The notes under the pieces were generated by a model, which was not told the DNA's origin, did no database searches, and was given only the letters and a program-made list of their open reading frames with translations. Below, in pieces: positions 39,719 to 48,603 of a stretch of 64,000 nt of DNA. The position numbers and the translations under genes were made by a program. Source of the DNA: Cyanophora paradoxa CCMP329 (taxonomy: Eukaryota > Plantae > Glaucophyta); contig QPMI01000484.1 of assembly GCA_004431415.1 (NCBI GenBank), forward strand, positions 202,437 to 266,436. The letters are read 5' to 3'. Each line of letters opens with the position of its first letter. Within the stretch, counting starts at the first letter, position 1.

Positions 39719-40027
39719 CATATACATATATACCGACGTCACCGACATATTCGGGGTCATCACATCGCGGCGATTCCGAAAACATATAGCATGCCACAAA
39801 GTAGTTTTTTGTGTTTGTTTCCGATATTTGACCAATCACAGTGAGGTTGTAATGGTTTAAAAATTACAACCCAAAAACATTACAACCCAAAAACATTACA
39901 ACCCAAAAAATTACAACTCAAAAAAACGAAAAAAACCGCATATACATATATACACCGGCGTCACCGACATATTCGGGGTCATCACATCGCGGCGATTCCG
40001 AAAACATATAGCATGCCACAAAGTAGT
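39719..40027. repeat. Two ~87-bp direct repeats enclosing four ~16-bp tandem repeats
   Basis: CATATACATATATAC...GTCACCGACATATTCGGGGTCATCACATCGCGGCGATTCCGAAAACATATAGCATGCCACAAAGTAGT at about 39719-39805 and 39939-40027; (AAAA(C)ATTACAACCC)x4 at about 39860-39924. Confidence 0.9.
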
Positions 40028-40101
40028 GTTTGTCGCTTGTATATATATGTATGCATATGTCGTCGTCGCGGTGAGAACTTCGGAAGTGCTCAGCGGCTAT
40101 G

Positions 40102-40232
40102 CCATTTTCGAGGACACGCTGTCCATTTCGGGGACACGCTGTCCTTTTCGGGGACACGCTGTCCTTTTCGGGGACACTGGGATGCCGCCAGCCGGGCGCC
40201 GGCGCCATGTCCATTTCGGGGACATCGTGTCC
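40102..40232. repeat. 20-bp tandem repeat with internal dyad GGACA-cgc-TGTCC, about 4 copies plus one displaced copy
   Basis: TTTCG(A/G)GGACACGCTGTCC(A/T) repeated at 40102-40177; degenerate copy at 40208-40232. Confidence 0.9.
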
Positions 40233-40992
40233 ACGAAAGTCAAGAAAATCCACACATTTTATGTAATTGTATTTCCTCGGGATTAACTTTTTTAATTTTA
40301 TTTATGTATTTGCAAGTTGTGGACTCGCAACGTCTCGCATAGTACTAAATTGTACCCGGTGCATGTAATTACTGCGGGCAAAGCAATAAAATTATCGTGT
40401 ATAAATCAAACAATAAATTAAACGACTCAGAATTGGACTCGGCGAGTCAAATGCTCGTAGACTCGGGCGTTCTGCGTTCCAAGTCAAATGTGACCCTGCA
40501 TACGTAAATGATCTTGCATATCTAATCGCGAATACGTGTAGGGCAAGCTACGACGATCACGGCAATGTAAAACAAGCTACCGAGATTCGCAAGCGCAAGC
40601 GCTACAAGTCCGGCGCCGCGCAAATCGAGACCCCCTTCGGATTTCGCTTGATAAGTTAACAGGAAATCACGATCTCCGGGCGCGGAAAAATGTCTCGTGT
40701 TCGTTGCTTGCTTCCGGGCATTCTGGTAGCTACGGCAATCTCTGTAACCGAGTTGGCGCGGCGGGGCAGCTACAAACGTGTAGCGACCCCGAAAGTCACG
40801 TAGTAGCTACTACGGCGCGCGCGATTTCTCGCGATACAAGATAGCCAAGCTACTCATACTTTGCATCCGCGCGCGTATAGCGTAGTTCTACGCTACTACA
40901 AAGCGGCGCGGTCTGATTCGCAAAGATCGCGATTTGGCGGCTACAAAAGCACACACAGCTCGTAGCTCACAAAAATATCGACTTAATTAATA

Positions 40993-41385
40993 ATGGATTC
41001 CCGATACCGCGGCTACCGCGTAATGCTCGACTATATAACCGACCCGTTCACCGACTCCCCGGAGGGATGCGCCGAGTGGATCACAGCGAACCTATCGCAA
41101 TATATAACAGATCGCAAGATGCGCATCGTGCATCAGCACACTTGCATTTTCGATGGCTCTATTTCCCCTCCTGGTTTCGCGATTGGCTTTCTATTGGATG
41201 AGTCGCATGCGACAGCTCACTCTTACAGCGACCAGGGGCTATTAGCGATCGATATCTTTACATGCGGCTCAAATGCCGAAGCGAAGACAATGGGTATAGC
41301 ACGGGACATTAACGAACTCATACAAGAAAGGCTGAAAGTTCGAAAGTGGGACTTACAGGTCGAGCAAAGGTTCCCAATTTCATAA
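40993..41385 (+). CDS. speD: S-adenosylmethionine decarboxylase proenzyme (short prokaryotic SpeD/SpeH-like class)
   Basis: 130 aa with FLLDESHATAHSY...LAIDIFTCG; E-S is the autocatalytic pyruvoyl-forming site, and DxFTCG is the conserved Cys motif. Confidence 0.88.
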   Translation: MDSRYRGYRVMLDYITDPFTDSPEGCAEWITANLSQYITDRKMRIVHQHTCIFDGSISPPGFAIGFLLDESHATAHSYSDQGLLAIDIFTCGSNAEAKTMGIARDINELIQERLKVRKWDLQVEQRFPIS

Positions 41386-41410
41386 AAAATGAAAAAAGCG
41401 ACATATACAT

Positions 41411-41725
41411 TTAATGTTCCTTGATCGGAAACTTGCCCATTAGCGGGTGATCGAGACCCATGACATACCAGCATCGCATGACGGGATCCCAGCGGGCTCT
41501 CTCAGCCTTCGCTTGATCCTTAAATTCATAAGGAATATCGAGGTAAACCTTCACGTTTCTTTGATACACTTGCTCATAGCTTAGAGTTTTGAACTGAGAG
41601 CATAGGGGGTGATCTTTCTTCGTGACATACCAGCATGAATTCTCACGATCCCACTTTCCACCGAGGGATTTCGCAACGTCTTTTTTATCATACGGAATGT
41701 CAACGAAATGCTTTTCACCCTCCAT
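41411..41725 (-). CDS. Protein of two tandem DUF5710-like modules
   Basis: FVDIPYDKKDVAKSLGGKWDRENSCWYV and YLDIPYEFKDQAKAERARWDPVMRCWYV. Confidence 0.7.
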   Translation of the reverse strand: MEGEKHFVDIPYDKKDVAKSLGGKWDRENSCWYVTKKDHPLCSQFKTLSYEQVYQRNVKVYLDIPYEFKDQAKAERARWDPVMRCWYVMGLDHPLMGKFPIKEH

Positions 41726-41738
41726 CGCTTTTATATTT

Positions 41739-41758
41739 ACCGGAGAAAATAATTTCGG
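41739..41758 (-). promoter_or_regulatory. Conserved viral upstream motif CCGAAATTATTTTCTCCGGT
   Basis: Identical 20-mer at 47505-47524; core also at 48074-48086 and 48635-48645. Each copy lies about 8-31 nt upstream of a minus-strand ATG. Confidence 0.75.
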
Positions 41759-41764
41759 GGTTTG

Positions 41765-43147
41765 TTATGAACGAGATGACCGAAGAATGCGCGTAGTAGG
41801 GGCTGTGTAGCTTGCGCTCTGATTCTTGAATGATTTATACCACCGCTGACTGTTTACCTCTGAGAGCTTCTCGGTTCCTGCGATCGTTAATTTGGCGAGC
41901 TCTCTCAGCGCTCTCTTCGTCTTTTCTGCGCGATCTTCCAGTAGGTCGCCTTTGGGAACGCTTGCGGCAACATCTATACCTTCCTTTTGAACCTGTCGGA
42001 TAGAAGCGGCTTCTATTTCGGCTGCTTTGATTGCGTTGCCTGATGGTTCCACCACAGCTTCGACCTCTGTAATGATCTGCAATTCGTGCGGCTTAAAAAG
42101 CTTCGGCATTACGTTTCCGGATGCATCTTGCACCTCTATTGCGTTTCCTCTCCTTCCCGCAATTTTGTAGACCTCTCGGCTATACCTTTGAGTCGCCCCT
42201 TTATCGAACTTCGATCTCGGCAATAACAGGCGGACGTGGAGACCCGGCGTAAAGTCGCTGAATATATCCTTGACGATCGTATTCTTTTTCGAAATAATAG
42301 CCGCTCGGATCCGATCCATATCAGTAAGCTTAACATCTGCGGGCTTCATTCCTATTGTTCTGTGAATGGTGTTGTTATAATTGAAAACGAAGTCGTCCAA
42401 TTTGTCCATGAATCGAACTGTATTATAAGCGACACAGTAATTGTTTATCATCGTTTTTAAGGTCAAATGAAAGCGATTCATAATTCCCAGCGATGTGTGA
42501 TCTCCGACCTGTTTAAAGCGGTGCTCTATCGCATTATTTTTCACGATCTCCTGAAACTCCTTTGCGATGAACTCAGAGCCATTGTCTGTCTCTAATCGAA
42601 CCATTGGAGCCGGGAGCTCTGTTAGCATCTCCGCAAAAGCGGCGGCAACGCTCGCCCCCTCTTTGTTCTTTAATTTCTTGGCATACGCTTTTCGGCTTGT
42701 CATCTCGATGAGAGTAAGGACTGCAATGTAGCCGGAATTATAATTGCCATATGAGAGATAAAAGATGAGATCGGCTTGGTAGCACCACGGCGGGGCTGTG
42801 ATAGGAATAAAGGCTGTTTGGGTCGGTGCGGGGGGCTTCTTGTTGATCTGCATAAATTCTTGTTTCGCTGCGACGTCTTGCACTTCTTTCAAAGTGAGGG
42901 TCTTGTCCTCTTTTCTCAGCTCTTCGTACAATGCCGATGGGTTCTTAAAACCTGTCTTTGGGTCATACATGCGTCGCACGATCTTAGAGGACGGGTTAGC
43001 AATGCTAAAAGGAACATCTCCTAATAAATTGGATTTTGCTTGGCGTTTTGTAATTTTTTGGGGGACTTGCTCAGTTTCAGGAACCGCGATAGGTAATAGG
43101 GTCGTCTCCGTTTCCTCGCCCGCTACCCTTCTAACGATCCGTGACAT
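41765..43147 (-). CDS. Retroviral-like (rve) integrase, Polinton type
   Basis: YQADLI (D1), LETDNGSEF (D2), GIMNRFHLTLK, YNNTIHRTIGMKP and FDKG...YSREVYKI (GPY/F-like C-terminal region). Consistent with the 6-bp TSD. Confidence 0.93.
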   Translation of the reverse strand: MSRIVRRVAGEETETTLLPIAVPETEQVPQKITKRQAKSNLLGDVPFSIANPSSKIVRRMYDPKTGFKNPSALYEELRKEDKTLTLKEVQDVAAKQEFMQINKKPPAPTQTAFIPITAPPWCYQADLIFYLSYGNYNSGYIAVLTLIEMTSRKAYAKKLKNKEGASVAAAFAEMLTELPAPMVRLETDNGSEFIAKEFQEIVKNNAIEHRFKQVGDHTSLGIMNRFHLTLKTMINNYCVAYNTVRFMDKLDDFVFNYNNTIHRTIGMKPADVKLTDMDRIRAAIISKKNTIVKDIFSDFTPGLHVRLLLPRSKFDKGATQRYSREVYKIAGRRGNAIEVQDASGNVMPKLFKPHELQIITEVEAVVEPSGNAIKAAEIEAASIRQVQKEGIDVAASVPKGDLLEDRAEKTKRALRELAKLTIAGTEKLSEVNSQRWYKSFKNQSASYTAPTTRILRSSRS

Positions 43148-43165
43148 TCTTCTAATTAAACCTGT

Positions 43166-46100
43166 TTATTTTTTGCTGCAATTGCACCCGTGATGCACGA
43201 GCTGGCAATTGTCTTGAAGGTGTGGGCGCCTGTTGTTAATGCGATCCACGACGAGCTTGTAATTTGGATCTTGTGGCTCAGTCGGAATAGGAAGGGAACA
43301 GAGCGCACAGGCGCCCTTCTGTTGCTTTTTGCGCTCTAATATCCACTCCGGCGTAATATAATCCGCCTCGTCGAAATCGCGCCCGGCACGCTGATCCTGG
43401 CATTTATAACCGCGGATCTTCGTTTTCAGATATTCGATGTAGTCATGCTTTCCTTGGAACTTGTGAATCGGTGTATAAATCAGCACAGTAGACAGATCGC
43501 GGTTACGAGTGAGCGCGGTATAGAACCATTCGCGAGTGGTATAGCGGAACGTAGCCTCACAAATGGCAATGCCCGAATCAAGTGTGAGACCTTGCGTTGA
43601 ATGACCTGTTCCTGCATAAGGGAGAGAAAAATGTTCTAACATCGCGCACGGAACCTCGAACGTGACGCCATCGAAAACGTCCGTTAATGTGACCATTTGC
43701 TTGGTGATTTTGGTGATTCGATAGGTGTAATTCGTGTATGCATTAACAGACTCGCCCTCAGTCCGCGAAATGCGTAGATACCTGCGGCAAACGACTTCCA
43801 GACCCTTGTAGAATTTAATGCCATTGACCTCTACGGTTGGGATATTTACTTTTCGTCTATCGTGCATCAATTTGTTATAGGCTAAGGTCATTTCGTTTCT
43901 GTAAGCGATGCCAAAGTAGCCGTCGGGAATAGCGTTTAGATCATTAATTGTCGGCAACCCGTATTTCGAGATAATCTGTGCGGCTTCCAGTCCGTTCTCG
44001 AAGAGATCCTCTTTAATCGCCCGAATTAATTCACGGTCTGTCTCCTTCTTGTGCCGCTTGTTATTGCGTAGACTCAGAACGTTAGGGAACATACTCTGCA
44101 CCGCGCGCTTATAGTAGCCCTTGCGATCAGAAACCGAGAGGTCGTCATTAATTGGTTCGTTCTGATAGGTATCGCCATTAGCCAAATATTTGATATCCGG
44201 ATAGCGATCGATAAACGACTTGATCTTAGCGAGATCTTTTACGGAATACGCGAATATCTCGTCGAACATAATGTGACTGAACTCGGAGACGAACGCCCTC
44301 TGGTCTTTTTCGCTCATAGCCTCTTCGTAGGTCTGATCATTTGAGACACGGATCCCGAGAACATTATACAAAGTACGAACGGTAATATTCTCGATGCCGC
44401 GGACTTTGAGAGAGTCCCTCAGCTCCGCGCACTGTTTGTTATAGGGGCAAATAATCAAGCAATTCGATTTTTGGGAGGCGAAACAGTTAACTCCGAGGGT
44501 CGATTTTCCACTACCGGGCATGTCAGCAAGGACAAGCATACGATTATGGAGCTCCGCAACCCGATTAAAGCACTCCGGATTAAATTCGTCCCTTAGCGAG
44601 AACCGGTTAATGAGTGTGTCGGGATCCTGAAATTCGAGAGTTACACCCCGTGGTGGGCGGAGTGCATTCTCAGGGCATCTTTTCCCGGGAATATAGCTGA
44701 ATTTGCCCATGTTCTCAAACGCATTTCGGTCGAACTCTTTCTTACTTGTCCATGAACCTTCGATATATAGGCAATCCGTTCTGATCCCGGCAACCTTGTG
44801 CCCGCGCGCTGTCAGGCGCTTGTATTGCGCAAACATATTAGCGCGGTTGCGATCGTAAATATGAAAGTGGATAGGAAGGAACCCATTAACAAGCTCGCGG
44901 TGAGAGCTGATCTTAACGAAATAGATGTGACCTTCGAATTCGCTGAGAGCTTTGACACGTTTCGAATTCTTAGGATTGAAAGTAAACACCTCTACTGTTC
45001 CTCCGCATTCTTGGGCGAACCTTTCAGCCTCGGCACGGTTGTAGAACATTTTCGTGGATGTTTGCGAGTCTTGAAATTTGCCGAGCATTCCGATCTCTTT
45101 CACTAAAATGTGCTTCTTGTCCGTGGTTTGAATGTCACTTGAAAGTACTTTCTTCATCTCGGAGATCGACGTATTGGGCACCAAATGCGAAGGCTCCGCG
45201 ACCGCGATAATCTCTATCTTGTCCTTTACGTCCGCCCAATGCATGGAGAGAGTGTAGCCTGTGATGAAATTGTAGCACCGACCACTCACGGAAAATGCGC
45301 GATCCAGAACAATTTCGATTCCGTCAATCTTGCGGGAAACGGCGGCATCATAATCTATGTCCTCATCGTCGGCGAAAGTCGCTTGCTCTCTCTCAAACGC
45401 GACCACACGCACGTAGTAGATCGCGTATTCGAGAATTTCGCTTCCCTCTTTAAAGGGAACGAAGTCATCGAACACATTGTACTTCGGAAGATATTGCATG
45501 CCTTTCAGTATCGAAGGGTAGCACTTCGCCATATCGACAGCTGTGTAGGTGGTGTTTGGGTTTGGCTTATAGAAATAGCCGCTAAGTGCGGATCGCTTGT
45601 AGTGCGTGAGAATTTCGCGCATGTTCGGGCTGTAATGTGAGATATTCGTCGCATTTAGTAGTGACTCGCGGAAACCCTTACCGATTTCACAGACCTTATT
45701 ATAATACTCCTCTGTTTCGAAATCTTGCTCAATGAAGTGGTCGGTTGTGCGTGGGTCTTTGATCGAGAACATCGAGCCATTGGCTTTGAATGTAATGCTT
45801 TCGATCTGTTTCGACGGTGTTAACTTCACAGCGGGCTCATATCGCATTTTCAGGAACGTAAATAGAAGACCTTCCAGACCTTCACGCCCAGTGTAAAGAA
45901 TGCGAATGAAACTGCGCTCGTCAGGTGATAGTTTTAATTGCGTGATCTTTAACAGATCCTTGGATGTGTGCGCGAAGATATCGTGAGTAAGACACGTCGG
46001 AATTTTATAGAGTGCTAACGAAGAGTTCGACTTAGGAACATGATTATCAAGCTCTTCGACCTCCATCTTTGCCATGCGCATTTCGAGCGACTTGATGTTA

Positions 46101-47482
46101 TCGTTGAATATATAGATATGCTTGTTGTGAATCATGAAGTGAATATTGCGGGGATTGATATTTTTGTTAATCGAGTCCGCCGCGAATTTGTATATTAACT
46201 TTCCGTCGATATCAAAGACGCGGAAGCCTGTCTGAATTCTCTTACAGAATTTCTCGATATGGCGGAGGGTGAGAGCCAGAGAGTCGCCAGGTGTGCGTTC
46301 ACGACCGTGAAAGAATTTATAGAGACCGTCGTACGACATAGTTAAGTCAGCATATCGCGGTTTTGGCGCCTCCTGACACTTCTTAATGGACGCTCCCCAT
46401 GTGGAGATGATCATATCATAGCCGCAAGCGTTAGATGTCGATGACTTGGGAAGCTCAATAACATCTTCGAACTCAGACGCGTTTGGATTTAATGTGTAGT
46501 CTGTGAATTTGCTCATAATCGCGGTGCATCGCATACTGTCCATTAGCTCCTCATCCAGAAACTCATAGCGATTGCCAGGGATAGCACCGGCTCCGTCATC
46601 TTCGACACCTTCGTCCCCATCGATCGCGATCTCATGAACAGTTATAAAGGCATCATCGATACTGCCGCCATAATCATCAAAAATTTGGCGTAGTTTTCTC
46701 TGTTCCGCGGTTGGTGGTGTCTTAAAGAAGAACTCTTCGTATGCTTCGCCGAAAGTTTGAAGTCCTATAGCCAATTCATCGTAGTTTTCGAGTAAATAGA
46801 AGATTGATTCTCTCTCTTCCGAATAATAACGATTTTGATCGGGTCGAATGAGAACTCCATACGCTTTATCGATTTTTGCCAGAGCAAAGTTTCGCAACAC
46901 CCTCACCGAAACTGTCTCTCTTATATTGCGGTAGGTGACAAAGGTTCTATCTGGTATGTTTAATTCGGGAATTCCGGGAAGAACAATTACCTCCGACGAC
47001 CGAGCACCGGATCCGGGCGCCCATAGCTTGAACGTAATTGTTGCGAGAGTTTCCGGATCGTATGCGGCGATTGGATCGAGAATAGTGCGTTTAATCGCAT
47101 CTTCTACCGCTTTTAGTTGTCCTCTCAGTTGCTTCGCTTCGAGCTTCGCTTCTTTCGCCCGTTTCTGTTCTTGTTTGCGATCGAAGCGCTGTAAACGCTT
47201 CGCCTCTTGTTCTTTTTGCCTTTGCTTTTCTATATTAACTTGGGTGCGAGCGGCGCGCTTTTCTTTCCGCTCTGCCCTGCGGAAAACGCGGGGATTAATG
47301 ATTCCATTCAGAGTATCCCGAATGTCGATCAGCGTTTGGAGCTTGGGCTTCCGATTCATTGTGTTGTGCATCGCCCAATGCGCCTGTTCCTCGGTCAGCA
47401 AATCCTGACTCAATCCCTGCATAATGTATCCGATAATCTCCTCCCGAACATTGTTAGCGATTCTGTTGGCTGCGCGCGGCAT
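43166..47482 (-). CDS. 1438-aa multidomain replicase: N-terminal basic/helical region, putative OTU-like protease, family B polymerase palm, SF1 (RecD/Pif1-like) helicase, C-terminal HNH/EndoVII-like domain
   Basis: PolB motif A AVDMAKCYPSIL, motif B-like KHILVKEIG, motif C IRTDCLY. SF1 motifs MPGSGKST, FDEIF, GDTYQNEP, TGHSTQGLT, YTALTR. C-terminal CALC...VDRINNRRPHLQDNCQLVHHGCN. Possible OTU dyad NACGYDMI...HNKHIY. Confidence 0.8.
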   Translation of the reverse strand: MPRAANRIANNVREEIIGYIMQGLSQDLLTEEQAHWAMHNTMNRKPKLQTLIDIRDTLNGIINPRVFRRAERKEKRAARTQVNIEKQRQKEQEAKRLQRFDRKQEQKRAKEAKLEAKQLRGQLKAVEDAIKRTILDPIAAYDPETLATITFKLWAPGSGARSSEVIVLPGIPELNIPDRTFVTYRNIRETVSVRVLRNFALAKIDKAYGVLIRPDQNRYYSEERESIFYLLENYDELAIGLQTFGEAYEEFFFKTPPTAEQRKLRQIFDDYGGSIDDAFITVHEIAIDGDEGVEDDGAGAIPGNRYEFLDEELMDSMRCTAIMSKFTDYTLNPNASEFEDVIELPKSSTSNACGYDMIISTWGASIKKCQEAPKPRYADLTMSYDGLYKFFHGRERTPGDSLALTLRHIEKFCKRIQTGFRVFDIDGKLIYKFAADSINKNINPRNIHFMIHNKHIYIFNDNIKSLEMRMAKMEVEELDNHVPKSNSSLALYKIPTCLTHDIFAHTSKDLLKITQLKLSPDERSFIRILYTGREGLEGLLFTFLKMRYEPAVKLTPSKQIESITFKANGSMFSIKDPRTTDHFIEQDFETEEYYNKVCEIGKGFRESLLNATNISHYSPNMREILTHYKRSALSGYFYKPNPNTTYTAVDMAKCYPSILKGMQYLPKYNVFDDFVPFKEGSEILEYAIYYVRVVAFEREQATFADDEDIDYDAAVSRKIDGIEIVLDRAFSVSGRCYNFITGYTLSMHWADVKDKIEIIAVAEPSHLVPNTSISEMKKVLSSDIQTTDKKHILVKEIGMLGKFQDSQTSTKMFYNRAEAERFAQECGGTVEVFTFNPKNSKRVKALSEFEGHIYFVKISSHRELVNGFLPIHFHIYDRNRANMFAQYKRLTARGHKVAGIRTDCLYIEGSWTSKKEFDRNAFENMGKFSYIPGKRCPENALRPPRGVTLEFQDPDTLINRFSLRDEFNPECFNRVAELHNRMLVLADMPGSGKSTLGVNCFASQKSNCLIICPYNKQCAELRDSLKVRGIENITVRTLYNVLGIRVSNDQTYEEAMSEKDQRAFVSEFSHIMFDEIFAYSVKDLAKIKSFIDRYPDIKYLANGDTYQNEPINDDLSVSDRKGYYKRAVQSMFPNVLSLRNNKRHKKETDRELIRAIKEDLFENGLEAAQIISKYGLPTINDLNAIPDGYFGIAYRNEMTLAYNKLMHDRRKVNIPTVEVNGIKFYKGLEVVCRRYLRISRTEGESVNAYTNYTYRITKITKQMVTLTDVFDGVTFEVPCAMLEHFSLPYAGTGHSTQGLTLDSGIAICEATFRYTTREWFYTALTRNRDLSTVLIYTPIHKFQGKHDYIEYLKTKIRGYKCQDQRAGRDFDEADYITPEWILERKKQQKGACALCSLPIPTEPQDPNYKLVVDRINNRRPHLQDNCQLVHHGCNCSKK

Positions 47483-47651
47483 CTCTATTAGTTCTTTTAA
47501 AATAACCGGAGAAAATAATTTCGGCGCAATCTACCAAATCCTCCTTTTCATACCCTTGTTGTTAATTCCTTAAATGCTTTTTTGACCGATGCGGGGAATA
47601 AAAAGGGAGGTAAAAAATGAGTCATTTTTTGCATCGTACGGATACTTTCCA

Positions 47652-48065
47652 CTACGAATTTTTCGCGTTCTCGACGACATGCTTTCGGGGTCTTCCAGCG
47701 GGCTTTTGCGGCTGGGGCTTCACCGGCGGATTCAGCTTTCGTTCCGCCCTCTTTCTGCGTTGGTATTCGCGTGCCTTTTCTCTGATTTTCTCCCGATACT
47801 CTTCATCGTCTTGGTATCGCTGCTGTTTACGAATTGCGATCTTTTGTAGCTGCTCCGGGGTAAATACGGTCGCTTCCCCTGCGGCTAATCGCTCCTGCTT
47901 TTGTCTCTGATGCTTGTTTCGCTGCCGCTCGGCGTCTTTCTCGCGTTTTAGTCTTAATCTCTCCGCCTTCTCCTCTTCTGTGATCACCTTCTTCGGTCGC
48001 CCGGGTCTGCGCTTTTCTTGCTGTGCCGCCATTGCCTCTTGGTTTGAAATCTTGGGTTTCGCCAT
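47652..48065 (-). CDS. Basic coiled-coil protein with two AT-hook motifs (putative DNA-binding/core protein)
   Basis: RRPGRPKK and PAGRPRK; very K/R/E-rich; preceded by the element's conserved upstream motif. Confidence 0.65.
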   Translation of the reverse strand: MAKPKISNQEAMAAQQEKRRPGRPKKVITEEEKAERLRLKREKDAERQRNKHQRQKQERLAAGEATVFTPEQLQKIAIRKQQRYQDDEEYREKIREKAREYQRRKRAERKLNPPVKPQPQKPAGRPRKHVVENAKNS

Positions 48066-48189
48066 TTACTATAACCGGAGAAAATAGTTTTTTGTCACTC
48101 TGTATTATTTCCCTTGCCCTTATATACCTTTTACCGAAACCTTCAATTTTTGCCCTCGGATCGATAGGAGCACCACCGAAATTCACCGC

Positions 48190-48603
48190 TCAATAACCGT
48201 TCCAGACGGTTCTTTCTTGTTGCTGAGGATATACATAAGGGTTTGTTAAGCTGTCATCGTCGCCTAATGCCATTTGATCCAATCTATACATCGGATAAGG
48301 TGAATCAGCGCGCAAATGCCCTTCCACAAATTCGGGACATGATCGCCTTCTAATATGCTCTACATGCACATCCTCTATCTGAGAGGTCTCGATATTGGAA
48401 CTCATAGCCGCGGGCACAGGCGAGGGCGATCGAGATCTTGGGTGGTTGTGATTGTCGCTGTGGTTAGAATATACAGAAAGGCGCCTACCTCCATTCTCGT
48501 CGTCAGAAATATTAACCTCTACGGTTGTGTCGCAACATCCGGATTTACAGTGAGAGATAAAGTGCAGATGAAACATCTCAATGCATTGTGTGATGAAATT
48601 CAT
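48190..48603 (-). CDS. Hypothetical viral protein (start taken at MNFITQC...)
   Basis: ORF; the ATG at 48603 has the conserved TATTTTCTCCG motif about 30 nt upstream. Confidence 0.45.
   Translation of the reverse strand: MNFITQCIEMFHLHFISHCKSGCCDTTVEVNISDDENGGRRLSVYSNHSDNHNHPRSRSPSPVPAAMSSNIETSQIEDVHVEHIRRRSCPEFVEGHLRADSPYPMYRLDQMALGDDDSLTNPYVYPQQQERTVWNGY

Noticed and set aside
39700-40240. Possible CRISPR-like array in the viral repeat region
   Set aside because: The repeats are directly tandem or only two copies, with no series of unique equal-length spacers and no cas genes.
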